A DNA stretch of 43,671 nucleotides from NCBI GenBank assembly GCA_001275005.1, contig JWZX01003082.1:1-43671 (forward strand), read 5' to 3'. The DNA comes from Chrysochromulina tobinii (Eukaryota). The notes below the pieces were generated by a model. It saw nothing but the letters and a program-made list of their open reading frames with translations, had not been told where the DNA came from and made no database searches. Below, in pieces: positions 1 through 10,800 of the stretch (position 1 is its first letter; every line of letters begins with the position of its first letter). The position numbers and the translations under genes are program-made.

Positions 1-259
1 CCGGAATGGATGAGGGCCTGAGGCATATGTGAACCGGCACAACGCTCCCACGCCTGCATCACCCGAACGAGCAAGCTCATTAGCCTGGAGGGAGCGTGAA
101 GGGTTCGTCCTTTCCGCGAAGACGAAACGGCTTCAGTTTTTTGAAAAGATGCAAACCGCGTGTGTGGGGAAAAGTGTGGAATCCTCTTTCGCTCGGCCGG
201 TCTCGCACGCGAGGGTGCCGCGCACGAGGGGTACAAAGGACGGTTCGAGACGAGAGTGA

Positions 260-2443
260 ATGGAGAAGGCTCGACTGGGGGAGGTGCCCGTCGTCGATCT
301 CAAGTGTGCCACGTGCGACCTAGCATCGGAAGTGGGTCAAGCGCTGAAGCGATTCGGTTTCTTCTATGTGAGCAATCATGGCATCCCACAGGAGCTTCTC
401 TCCTCGCAGCTCGAGCAAAACCGCCGTCTCTTCGACTTGCCAGATCAGGTGAAGCGTTCGATGGCCTTCAACGTCACGCTGGACATTGGGTACACTGGCG
501 GGACTGGCACGAGCCAGGCGCTCGATCCTAACGCCGGCATCCAGGCCGCGGACACGAAGGAGGGATTCATGCTGACGAATAATGCGTTCATGGGTGCAGC
601 AGCGCTTGACCCCACGAATCCGCGCAAATTTCTCCCGAGGCACCCGCATCTTGACCCTAAAGACCCACTGGCGGGCGCCACGCTGCACTGGCCCCCCGGC
701 CTTCCCGGCTACGAGCGCGTCATTCGCTCGTACTTTGCCTCTGCCTACGAGCTCAACTATCGGCTCAATGATCTCCTCTTCTCGTCACTCGGCATGGATG
801 CCAACGAGCGTAACCGCCTCGGCTCGGCCCCCTTCTGCGTGCTGAAGCAGCTCCGGTACGGCCCGGGCAGGGACGCGCTCGCCAACGGAAGCAGCATCGG
901 CGCGGGCGCTCACGCCGATTGGGGATCCCTCACCCTCCTGCTGACCGACGACACTCCGGGCCTTCAAGTGGAGATGGCGGGCGAATGGCTACCGGTACCT
1001 CCGCGGCGCGGGATGTTCATTGTGAACGCGGGCGACCAGATTGAAGCGCTCACGAACGGGCATTACCGCTCCGCCAAGCACCGCGTCATCACCACCTCTC
1101 CCCGCCCTCGATACTCAACGGCCTTCTTCACGTACTTCAACTACAAGGAGCCGCTGACGCCCCTCCATGAGCACGTCAACCCACAAAAGCCCCTCCGGCG
1201 GGCGCCCATGGACACGATGGCGTGGTTCCAGTACAAGCTGCGCCAGTCCGTCGGTGAGAATGTGTCGCGTCCCCTGTCCACCACCACCTCCTCCTCCACC
1301 TCCTCCTCCGAGCCTGCCGCCAATGCCACGTGCTCGTTCGCGCCTCTTCGTGAGGCGCTCGTCATCCGCGCCCTCGGAGGAGGCGTCGAGGGAGGCGCCG
1401 AAGGGGGCGTGCTCCTGGGCGTTGAGGCGCTTGGTATCGATCTGTTGAGCGTGAGCGATGGCGTCATTGACGAGCTGATCGCGGCGATGCATGCCGACGG
1501 CAAGGGGCTGCTGGTCGTGCGCAACCAGACGCTCTCACCGGAGGGGTATGAGCGCGCGCTCTTCCGCTTGGGACGGGCGGCCGGTGGGTTTGGCACGCCT
1601 CTCCTGTACGACCGCTGGCCTGGCCAGTCGCCCCGGCTGCGCTGCTGCCCTCACGTCTCGCTTCTGGGCAACTACCGCGCACGCGTCGACGACGAGCTGG
1701 GGACAGGCGCCGTCGTGGGCGATCGGATCGGCGAGTACAAGCCGGCGAGGGAGGAGCTGCGCGAGTGGCACACGGATGGTTCCTTCCTGGCGCGGCCCAA
1801 GATTGGCGTCGCGCTGTACGCACCCTCCGCCGTACCGGTAGCGACGTGCGCGCCCTGCGCCAAACCGAGCGCGTGGTGGCGCAAGCTGCTACGGTGGCCA
1901 TGCCGACCAACGTGCCGGCACGCGCCTGCGAGTGCGCTGCCCCCCGAGGGTGGCCACACGGCCTTTGCCTCGGGCATCCTCGGCTACGAACGGCTCGACG
2001 CTGCGGAGCGAGAGCAACTCGAGTCGCTGAGCGCTGTGCACTCCTGGTGCGACTTCATGCACTTTCTCGAAGCGCGCGACCCCGGGCGTGAAAAGGTGAG
2101 CGCCGACGACTGCGCCAAGAAGCCCGACGTCACCTGGCCGCTCGTGCGCACGCACCCCGTCACCAACCGCCGCTCGCTCTACCTGAACCCGAAGAATGGG
2201 CTTCGCATCGTGCACTCGAGCGACGGAGAGCCTGCGAGCGCCGAGATGAGCGCGTCGCTCGTGCTCAACCTGACGAAGCGCGTGCTCGAGCTGGGCACCT
2301 ACCACCATACGTGGAGACCCGGAGATCTCGTGCTCATGGACAACCGTGTGCTCATCCATGCGGCGACACCCTTTGACGCCGACAAGTACGAGCGGCTCAT
2401 CTACCGCGCGGAATTCCCCGGCGAGCCCGTCTACTTCTTCTGA
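260..2443 (+). CDS. Bifunctional Fe(II)/2-oxoglutarate dioxygenase: N-terminal IPNS/DIOX_N-type 2OG oxygenase fused to C-terminal TauD/TfdA-type dioxygenase
   Basis: 727-aa ORF. Domain 1: VPVVDL...GFFYVSNHGIP, HAD (HxD, nt 911), GLQV, VNAGD, SAKHRV, RYS (RxS). Ser/Thr linker about 1279-1320. Domain 2: WHTDGSF, GGHTAFA, PLVRTHPVTNRRSLYLN, HTWRPGDLVLMDNRVLIHAA, RLIYR. Confidence 0.9.
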   Translation: MEKARLGEVPVVDLKCATCDLASEVGQALKRFGFFYVSNHGIPQELLSSQLEQNRRLFDLPDQVKRSMAFNVTLDIGYTGGTGTSQALDPNAGIQAADTKEGFMLTNNAFMGAAALDPTNPRKFLPRHPHLDPKDPLAGATLHWPPGLPGYERVIRSYFASAYELNYRLNDLLFSSLGMDANERNRLGSAPFCVLKQLRYGPGRDALANGSSIGAGAHADWGSLTLLLTDDTPGLQVEMAGEWLPVPPRRGMFIVNAGDQIEALTNGHYRSAKHRVITTSPRPRYSTAFFTYFNYKEPLTPLHEHVNPQKPLRRAPMDTMAWFQYKLRQSVGENVSRPLSTTTSSSTSSSEPAANATCSFAPLREALVIRALGGGVEGGAEGGVLLGVEALGIDLLSVSDGVIDELIAAMHADGKGLLVVRNQTLSPEGYERALFRLGRAAGGFGTPLLYDRWPGQSPRLRCCPHVSLLGNYRARVDDELGTGAVVGDRIGEYKPAREELREWHTDGSFLARPKIGVALYAPSAVPVATCAPCAKPSAWWRKLLRWPCRPTCRHAPASALPPEGGHTAFASGILGYERLDAAEREQLESLSAVHSWCDFMHFLEARDPGREKVSADDCAKKPDVTWPLVRTHPVTNRRSLYLNPKNGLRIVHSSDGEPASAEMSASLVLNLTKRVLELGTYHHTWRPGDLVLMDNRVLIHAATPFDADKYERLIYRAEFPGEPVYFF

Positions 2444-2792
2444 ACTCGACGGACCACAGTGGACTCTCCGCACCGATTTTCGAGTTCGGAACTTCGACAG
2501 TCGAGTATAGATTGTTGTAAAATATGCACCGTGCAGTCTCGGCATGTCTCTCTTAGCGTCTTAGGTGTGAATGTGCCGGGGCCGACGATGCGTGGTGTGT
2601 GCGGTTTCGGTACTTCGGTCTTCGCTGGGGCGGTCTTCGGCTTGCCTGGGCGGGGAATTGAAAAGGGGAGCGGAGAGGAGTCGGGATTGAGGCCTTCCGT
2701 TCGAGGACGACCGCCGGACGCACACGATTTAACGTAGGTACGCGCGTTTGCGTACCCGGTTGGTACGGCGTTTCCTGATCCTGTTCACCCCT

Positions 2793-3845
2793 TTACTTGA
2801 CCCATCCAAACCGGCTCAAAGGCAGCACGCGCAGCACCGGTCGACCCACAACCTTATCCGCCGGCAGTACGCCCCATACGCGCGAATCGATGCTTACCTG
2901 CGCATTATCGCCCGCGACGAAGTACGCGGCTTCGGGTACGGTGAGCGCTGTCGTCGTCGTGGGAAGCAAGCTCGCGAGCCCCGGTGGCGACACCTCCGCC
3001 CGCGAGGGGGCCGCGGCGGCGAGGGCAGCTGGCGCGCCATCGTGGGCACGACCGGTGGCAATCCCTCGGACTCGCACGGAGCCTGCAGGTGTGACGGTGA
3101 CCTGATCGCCAGGCACCGCGACGACGCGTTTCACAAACAGCTCGCGCTTGGCAAACAGCGGCGGCAGTCGAGCAGTGCGGCGCGCTGGGGCAGCAGTGGC
3201 AACGGTGTCGTCAGAGGCAGCCGTTGCGCTCTGCGAGGGGTCGGCAGCGCTGGCCTTGGCGGCATCGGCATTTGCGGCGGCTTGGCGCTCCGCCACAATG
3301 GCCCGTAGCGCATCGGGAGGATTGAAAAAGACCAGATCACCCGTATGCAAAGGTAGGCGCAGCCGGGGCGTGAGTGTCTCGACGAGCAGCACGTCGGCAG
3401 GCTCGATGGTGGGCTGCATCGAGGCAGACGGCACGTACGAAAAGGTGAGGAAGAGCGAAACCACAAAGCCCACGAGCAGACCCGAACCCGCAAGCAAAAG
3501 GGCAAACGCTGCCGTCAGCAGATTGTACGCCGCCGGGTCCATCCAGCGAGGCGCAAGGCTGATCGCGATCGTGACGGGCCAGTCGCTACGTTCCAGCCTC
3601 GTGACCAATGGGTAAATGGGTCGCACGGTCAGCTCGGTCGCACTCCGAGCTTCGACGCGGTAGTCCACGCCTGGGTAGAGCCCAGAGGCAAACATTTCCG
3701 TGCGGACGCGTCTAAACTCAGTAGGCGACTGCCAGTCTGGCCGAGCGAGTGTGGGTATGACGACTCGGCCCACGGTAAGCTCGTCTGGCTGCAGCCGTGT
3801 GCATGGCAGACGGAGGGCCAGCACAAGCGGTATCACGGCGAGCAT
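2793..3845 (-). CDS. Type I signal peptidase (S26), probably thylakoidal processing peptidase
   Basis: Box B VPSASMQPT (catalytic Ser), box D FVKRVVAVPGD (catalytic Lys), box E YFVAGDN...SIDSRVWG. A TM segment precedes the catalytic domain and the N-terminus is hydrophobic. Plastid location is inferred. Confidence 0.88.
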   Translation of the reverse strand: MLAVIPLVLALRLPCTRLQPDELTVGRVVIPTLARPDWQSPTEFRRVRTEMFASGLYPGVDYRVEARSATELTVRPIYPLVTRLERSDWPVTIAISLAPRWMDPAAYNLLTAAFALLLAGSGLLVGFVVSLFLTFSYVPSASMQPTIEPADVLLVETLTPRLRLPLHTGDLVFFNPPDALRAIVAERQAAANADAAKASAADPSQSATAASDDTVATAAPARRTARLPPLFAKRELFVKRVVAVPGDQVTVTPAGSVRVRGIATGRAHDGAPAALAAAAPSRAEVSPPGLASLLPTTTTALTVPEAAYFVAGDNAQVSIDSRVWGVLPADKVVGRPVLRVLPLSRFGWVK

Positions 3846-3959
3846 TGTGATTGAGCGAGGCGTCCCGACGTGAAAAGAACCGTGAATGGGGCGTGTGAAA
3901 TAAGCGATGATTGTGGGGGTCGGACGGGGGTTGAGGGGGGGGGGGTACTGTGGTGGACA

Positions 3960-5668
3960 ATGGAGCTCGAAGGGCAGGAACTCGTGCCTGCCGACGCCGA
4001 AGCATCGAACGAAGCAGCGAGTAGTAAAGACGCCGCCAGCCAGCCCCCCGCCTCGATTTGCTCGGGAATCCTCAATCTCGCCAATACCATCATCGGCTCG
4101 GGTTTGCTCAGTCTGCCGTCTGCATTTGCCCGCTGCGGCTTTGTGACCGGCTCGTTGCTCCTACTCATCTTTGCCGCCTTTTCAGCACTCGGGCTGCATC
4201 TGCTATCCGCAGCCTCCGATATCTCAGGCCGGCCAGCCTCGCTCTACACGGTCGCCGAGAAGGCACAGCCCAACCTCGGGTTGCTCGTGGATGTGGCGAT
4301 CGGCATCAAGTGCTTTGGTGTGGCGACGACGTATCTCATCGTCGTGGGCGACTCGCTGCCACTCGCGCTCGAACCGCTCGGCGCGACCGGCGCGCTGCTT
4401 GATCGTCGGCTTTGGTCCGCGCTGGCAGCTCTAGCAGTCGCTCCGCTCGCGTATAGGAAGCGCATGGATGGGCTACGACACACATCGCTCATAGCGATCC
4501 TGTCGGTGCTCGTCATCATGGCGGTGGTGATCGCCTTTGCAATTGGCCCGGCGCTCTCGCCTGCACTAGACCCGTGCGCGAGCACCTCTGCGCAGAGCTC
4601 GTGTCGCGCAGAGGGCGCAGAGGTGGTGTGCAGTTGCCGAGGACCCGTCGTCGCCGTCAGCGACGCGTCGTCGATACTTCGCGCGCTGCCCATCTACACG
4701 TTCGCGTACACGTGCCATCAGAACATCGTGAGCATTAGCAACGAGATGGCCCTGGATGGGCGGCCGGCGCCCGAGCGCGTCATCCGTGTCATCCAAGGCG
4801 CTCTACCCTTCGCTCTCGCCGTCTACTTTTCCGTCGCCGTCGCTGGTTATTCCACATTTGGGAATCGTGTGGCTCACGATGTCCTCACCTCCTACCCCAG
4901 CTCGCCGCTCGTCTCTGGCGCGCGGCTTCTCGTCGCAGGTGGGGACCACCGGGCTTTGAGTGCCTTCTGAGTGCCTTCTGAGTGCCTTCTGAGTGCCTTC
5001 TGAGTGCCCATCTGAGTGCCATCTGCGTGCCCTCTGAGTGCCCTCTGAGTGCCCTCTGCGTGTCAGTTGATAGCTTTCTGATCGCCATCTGATTGCCACG
5101 CGTCCCATGTGCTCGGATGCTCGTCGCAGTGCTCGTGATGTTCTCGTATCCGCTGCAGAGCCACCCGGGTCGCGCGTGTGCCCTCTCGATAGCTTCCGCA
5201 GCCGCCGCAGCCCTTGAACGGCGGCGGCGGCAAAGGAGTGGCCCCCGCGCCATCTCCAGCAGTCAGGCGCACTCAGCCACGCCTGATGGCTCCTCACGCC
5301 GCAAGGGCTCCTTGGACCACATGACACGATGTCGTCAATGGCCCTGTTTCTTCAATGGCCCCTCGGAAGACCCCACGGGCCTGCCGCTGCCGCCACTGAC
5401 AGAGTCAGACACTGCGCGAGCGCTCGCGACGACGCTCTTCCTGGCCGTCACAACAAGCACGGCTATGGCGCTCGATGACCTGGGCATCGTGCTCTCAGTA
5501 GTGGGCGCGACGGGCTCCGTGGTCGTCACGTACCTGCTGCCAGGCTTCTGTTACTACCGGCTGTGCCGACAGCCGCGAAGCTGGTTGCGACGTGCAGCAC
5601 TCTTGCAGACGCTGCTTGGCGCGATACTCATGCCAGTGTCGCTGGCGCTGATCATGACCAAAAAGTGA
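3960..5668 (+). CDS. Amino-acid transporter, Aa_trans/AAAP (AVT/SLC38-like), 2 exons
   Basis: Motifs NLANTIIGSGLLSLP, FAYTCHQN, GYSTFG, FSYPLQ, VLSVVGATGS...LLPG. Exons 3960-4938 and 5130-5668. The GT-AG intron 4939-5129 joins the two ORF-track pieces in frame (..LLVA|VLVMFSYP..). Start placed at ATG 3960. Confidence 0.9.
4957..5063 (+). repeat. Intronic 11-bp tandem repeat (TGAGTGCCTTC and variants, about 10 units)
   Basis: Directly visible: four perfect units followed by degenerate units, inside intron 4939-5129. Confidence 0.95.
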
Positions 5669-6048
5669 GCTGGCACAGCACAGACGCACTACGGACTGTA
5701 CGCACGCGGACTGTGCGTACTGAACTACTCGTACACGAGCCACGTCGGTTGCGTTGGAAAGTTGGCCCGGTGTGTACAGTAGAGCCGTAAAAGTGTTCCT
5801 GTTCGGAGCCGTAGATGAAGCGTATATCACTTTAGAGACATTAGGATCACCACACACCGCACCGCACTCCGCTCATCCCCAGCACTGACCACAGTCGCTC
5901 TGACACAGGACCGGGCACCGGGAGCGAAGCGCGCGCAGCCCGCGCCGATTGCATGCACACACTCAGACATGAGGAGCGATGGCATGCACACACTCAGCCA
6001 TGAGGAGCGATTGCAGCAGCTCGACGGCGGGCCACCCAAAGATTTGGC

Positions 6049-7856
6049 TCAGAGCGCTTGCTGCAGCGCGGCGGGCAGGCTCGCGCGCAGCTCCGGTGCG
6101 ACGCCCACGATCCAAATTAGGAAGGCGCGCAGCTCGCCCTTGAGCTCCTCTGTCGCGAGCCGCTCGCCCTCACTCATCAGCATCTCGCTGAAGGCCGCGA
6201 GCATTTGGGGCACATGGGGCGCCAGGTGAGCACGCGCCGCGTCGTCCTGGGCGATGCGCATGAGCGCGCGGCAGCACGTGCGGTTCTCGCCGCTGTCCGC
6301 GCGCAGCGGCAGCCGAGTGACAATCGCAGGCAGGATCGAGGCGAGAGGCAGCGTGGCGCCAAAGGCGAGCACGAGTCGCGCGAGCGACGCGACGCCATTG
6401 TCGCACACGGAGGCCTCCTCATCGGCTAGGCGTGGCTGTAGGGCAGTGAGTAACGTCTGCATCACGTCGATGGCGGCGGGGCCCCCGAACTGGCCGAGGA
6501 TGCCCAGGCAGAAGGTGGCGTTCTGGCGGGCGGTCGAATTCGCATCCGAGGAGAGGCGCACGGCGTGCGGCAGCACCTGTGGGGAAACGGAGGGGAGGCG
6601 CGGCCCCGAAGAATCAAGTGGATTGTCACAGAGAGAGAGAGAGAGAGGGAGAGGGGTCGATCGGAGGCAGGGGGGTGGCCAAGGATGGTGGCGCGGGGCC
6701 TTGTCTCTGAGGTTGTTTTGGAATTGATTCGGGTGTTGACTTCAAAGAGCATTCAGCGGAAGGGCACGGGTTCTCATCATCGACCGAGGGGCCCTTCGGT
6801 GAGGCCATCAGAGGAGGGGAGGGGCTCGTTCGAGGGGGAGGGGCATCTCAGGCACTCACCATTGGAAGGAAGCCAGCCCCGGAGAGCTCGAGTTGATGGA
6901 GGGACTCGGCGAGGATCCCCACAGCGAGGGAGCGGTCTCCGGCAGGGTGCTGCGCGCTCAAGTACGGCTCGAGCTGCGGCACGAGCTTGGCGAAGTGCAT
7001 CAGGTAGTACTCCCCCATGACCTTTGGGAGGGTGGTGAGGAGATCCGAGACCGCTTCCCAGAGTGAGGCGTCATGGTCGTCCACGTCATCGTCGGGCTCT
7101 GCCTCAGCGCCAGGAGTGTCCTCCTCCTCCTCCTGCATGCATGCATGCCCTTTGGAGAGCAGCGCGATGGCTACCTCGCATAACTGCGCCGCGAGCGGCG
7201 TCGCTGCCGCCGGTCCGAGCAGATTGATAATGTCGGTGAGGGCCTCGGAGGCGGCGGCCACCGTGTCCTTATCGTCATCCTCTCCGAAGTGCTCGAGAAG
7301 GATGGGCACCACCTTCTCGAGTAGCGCGCGCGTCGCGGGCGGCAGATTGTAACTCACGGAGGCCATGCCCTTGGTCCACGCGGGCACGCCCTCTGCCTTG
7401 GCGGTGGCCGTGACGAGGGCTCCCAATGCTTTGCACGAGGCGCTGCGCACCTGCACGAGCCAAAAGGAGTCCAAAAGGAGTCGGGGGTGGCGATCGACAG
7501 GGTCAGAGGTGGGTCCAGGTGGGTAGGGTCAAGTTGGGCGCGTCCCACGCTCAGAAACACGGGAAAGTTCAGAATCATGCGCCGAGGCGTCATGGTCAAA
7601 TCTGGATTCTTTCGTTTTTCTTCCTTGCGTGCGCCATCGCAGAGCGCACTCAGGCGCAGTCGGTGGGCCGAGGCGCACGTCTTGATGAAAGTAATCATGA
7701 GTCTCGAGGAGCGAGGTGAGGCAGCGCTCCACATGAGGTGCGAATGCAGCCCCCGCGTGTTTGGCGCACTCGGCGATGCAGTGAGCGGCGGAGGCCTTTT
7801 CGTCGAGCAGGCCGGTGCGGATGGAGAGGCGGCGCTCTCCGCCGTCTTCGTCGTCT

Positions 7857-7895
<39 letters not shown>

Positions 7896-10800
7896 TCGGG
7901 GTCCCGGTCACCGTCGACATCCGCCGCGCCGCTGTCCGCCGCAGGAGCACCGGAAGCACCCTTGGCGTTGATGGAGGCCACCAGAGCCGCCATAGCGCTC
8001 GGCGGCTTGTCGTCGTCGCCAAAGTCGATGCAATCTTCAAAGTCGAGGGACTGCGGGGTTCGGAGGGCACGCCACGCGCGAGATCGCACGAGATCGCACG
8101 AGATCCTCAGCAGGTGATCGCGAGCGCCCAAATTAGGAAGGTGGGGGATAGGAGGAGACGGCACGCGCGGCGATGGCGGCGAGGCGGAGGGGAGCGAAGC
8201 GGTGGGGAGCGGGAGGGAAATGAGGCATCGGATAGGAGCGAAAGACTTAGATGCAATCCGCATCATCAGCGCGTTGTCGAGAGTTTAGGACGGATCGTCA
8301 TTTGCCAACCCATGGGCAATCCCAGGGTCTACACGCGAGGGCGGCGGCGCGGAAGGCGGCGAGGGGGGCAGGGCGGCGGCGGGCGAGGGCCAGCACGAGG
8401 CAGCTGGAATGGCCATCCGGGGCAATCTCAGCCAATCTCGTCCATCTCGGTCCATCTCCGCGCACACCTGGAGTACCCGGGGGAGTAGCTGTGGAAGGAT
8501 TGGGGCCACGTCCCCTTGCAACAACTCCGAGAGCTGGGCGAAGAAGCCGTAGCTGCGAGGGGGGCGATGGGGGCGGAGAGGCGAGGGTAGGGTGGGGGGT
8601 AGGGGTGAGTTCGGCGGTGTGAGCATCGAGAGGGCTTGGAAGCTGATGGTCCCCCGCTGGCAGCTCGCTACTGAGCAGCCAAGGGCAGCCAAGGCTAGGC
8701 GCCGCAAGCCCAAGCTGCTGCCAGGCCAGCTGATGTCAGGCCGCCGCCCAAGGGAGCCGAGGGGTGGCGCGCGGGTCCGAAATACAGGTGGGTATCGCGG
8801 TTATCGTCAGCGGATGATCTGTTTGGCTGAGACGATGGATTCGTCATTCCCGCGGGGGAAGGGGGCAGGGCAAGGGCGCCCGCGAGGCACTGCCTAGGAA
8901 CTGGCGAGGAGCTGGCTAGGAGCTGGCTAGGAAATGGCTAGGAAATGGCTAGGAACTGGCAGGGCGCTGCTGAGAGGGCCGTTGGAAAGGGGCCGAGGGC
9001 CGCGCACGTGTATTCACGAAGCTCTGGCAGATCCAGTTGCAAGCCCTCGAGCGCTGCAGCGGTCACCTCGGGCAGTACCGGTTCACAGACCTCACGCCCG
9101 ACCGCGAGGTTCATCAGTCCAATGCACTCGAGGGCGCGCGCACGCAGCGTCAGCTCGCCGGCGCCCGTCTGATGCAGCAACACTCGCACGAGAGAATAGA
9201 TCGTCTCAAAGTACGGCCGGAACTGCTTACCCGCGGACATGGCGACAGCGGCGAGGGCCGAGATGGCCATCTCCTGGGTGGCCCGCGTGGAGTCGCGAAG
9301 CAGTGCGGTGAGGCGCTCGAGTAACGGCTGCAAAAAGGGCACGATGTCGTCGCCTGCGAGGAGGTGGGGACGGGCGAGGGGTGAGGTGACCTCCTCCGTG
9401 CCCCTTCCTAATTAGGGTGATGTGCCTCTTCCTTATTAGGGTGAGGTGAGCTCTCCTGTCCCAGGGGGGGCGGGGGAGAGCGGGGAGCGAGATGGACTTG
9501 GGTCGGCCCTCCCTCTCCCGAATTAGGAAGGACTGGGGTCGGCCCTCCCTCTCCCTAATGAGGGTCGGCCCTAAGACAGGTGTAAGGTCTCCTCACGACG
9601 CGTGAACGAGCCACGTGGCCGCGGTAACGACCAGGCGGCTCGCCCACGGGGGTTCAGTTGCCAGTAGTCAAAGAGGTTACGGTGTCGTCATCGGGTCAGG
9701 GTGGCGGCACGGCGTCGTGCTGGGCGATGTGACGCACCCAAGTTTTCGCAGAAGCTCTCGAGGGCATAGCAACTCTTCTCCTTGACACGCTCCGTGGCGT
9801 CGTTGAGCACCTGGCAGAGGGAGACGCACTCAGGCGCACTCAGGCGCACTCAGGCGCACTCAGGCGCACTCAGGCGCACTCAGCCGTACTCAGCCGTATG
9901 CAGGGGCGCGTGCAGGGGCGCATCGCTCAGTCAAACCGCGTGTGCCCTCAGCTTGAGCGCAGAGGCTCGTCTCGGAGAGAAGATTAGTACGAAAGCTGTG
10001 TGTCGTCACCGCGATGCGGCCACGCCAGGGCGAGGGCAAGCAGCAGCCAGGGCCGCCGCAGCCAGGGCGAGGGCAACCCGCAGTGTGAAGGCGGGCGGCG
10101 GCGGGCGCAGGCAGTTACAGGTGCGGAGTTACATGTGCGCAGTCGCCATGGTCGCAGCAATCAGAGGCCATCCGAGGCCATCCGAGGCCATCCGAGGCCA
10201 TCCGAGGCCATCCGAGGCCATCCGAGGCCATCAGTGGAGCAAGCATCGCACCATGAAGATGTGCGGCAGGATCTCCTGGTAGTGCGAGATAATGTCCGGT
10301 TGCAGATAACATGCGAATTCACCGATGCAGATGCATGCGGCCTCGCGCACCGGCTGCGCTCCGTCACGACAGCCGGCGAATACGACAGGTAGGAGTGCAT
10401 CGAGCGCGTCGGCGTATGCCTCGGCGCAGCCTTCGGCGGTCATCGCGAGCGCCACAAGCACCGCCCGCCGCCACGCGAGGTGCTCGGAGCAGTGGTGCTG
10501 CCGAACCAGATCCAGGATCGCCGGTACCGCGTGCTTGGATGGGATACTCACGCCAAGCGTGTGGAAGACCTGCGCGGCGCGCCGGTGGACGGACACCTCG
10601 TCCTCGTCGTCCTCATCGTCCTCAATCGCACCCGAGGCGTCCGTAGTCGCACAGGCCTCGAGTAGGCGCATCGTCAGCGCCGGGACGAGCTTGTGCTTGA
10701 CGATCGTCTTCTTCTTATGAGCGAGCGCACAGCCCACGACGTTCAGAGCGACCACTCGTGTCTCAACCTCCATCGAGGGGGCGTTGGCGAGTGCGAGCGC

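Noticed and set aside
7487..8488. 333-aa plus-strand ORF with poly-Val
   Set aside because: It is the antisense of the importin acidic loop (GAC repeats) and adjacent introns.
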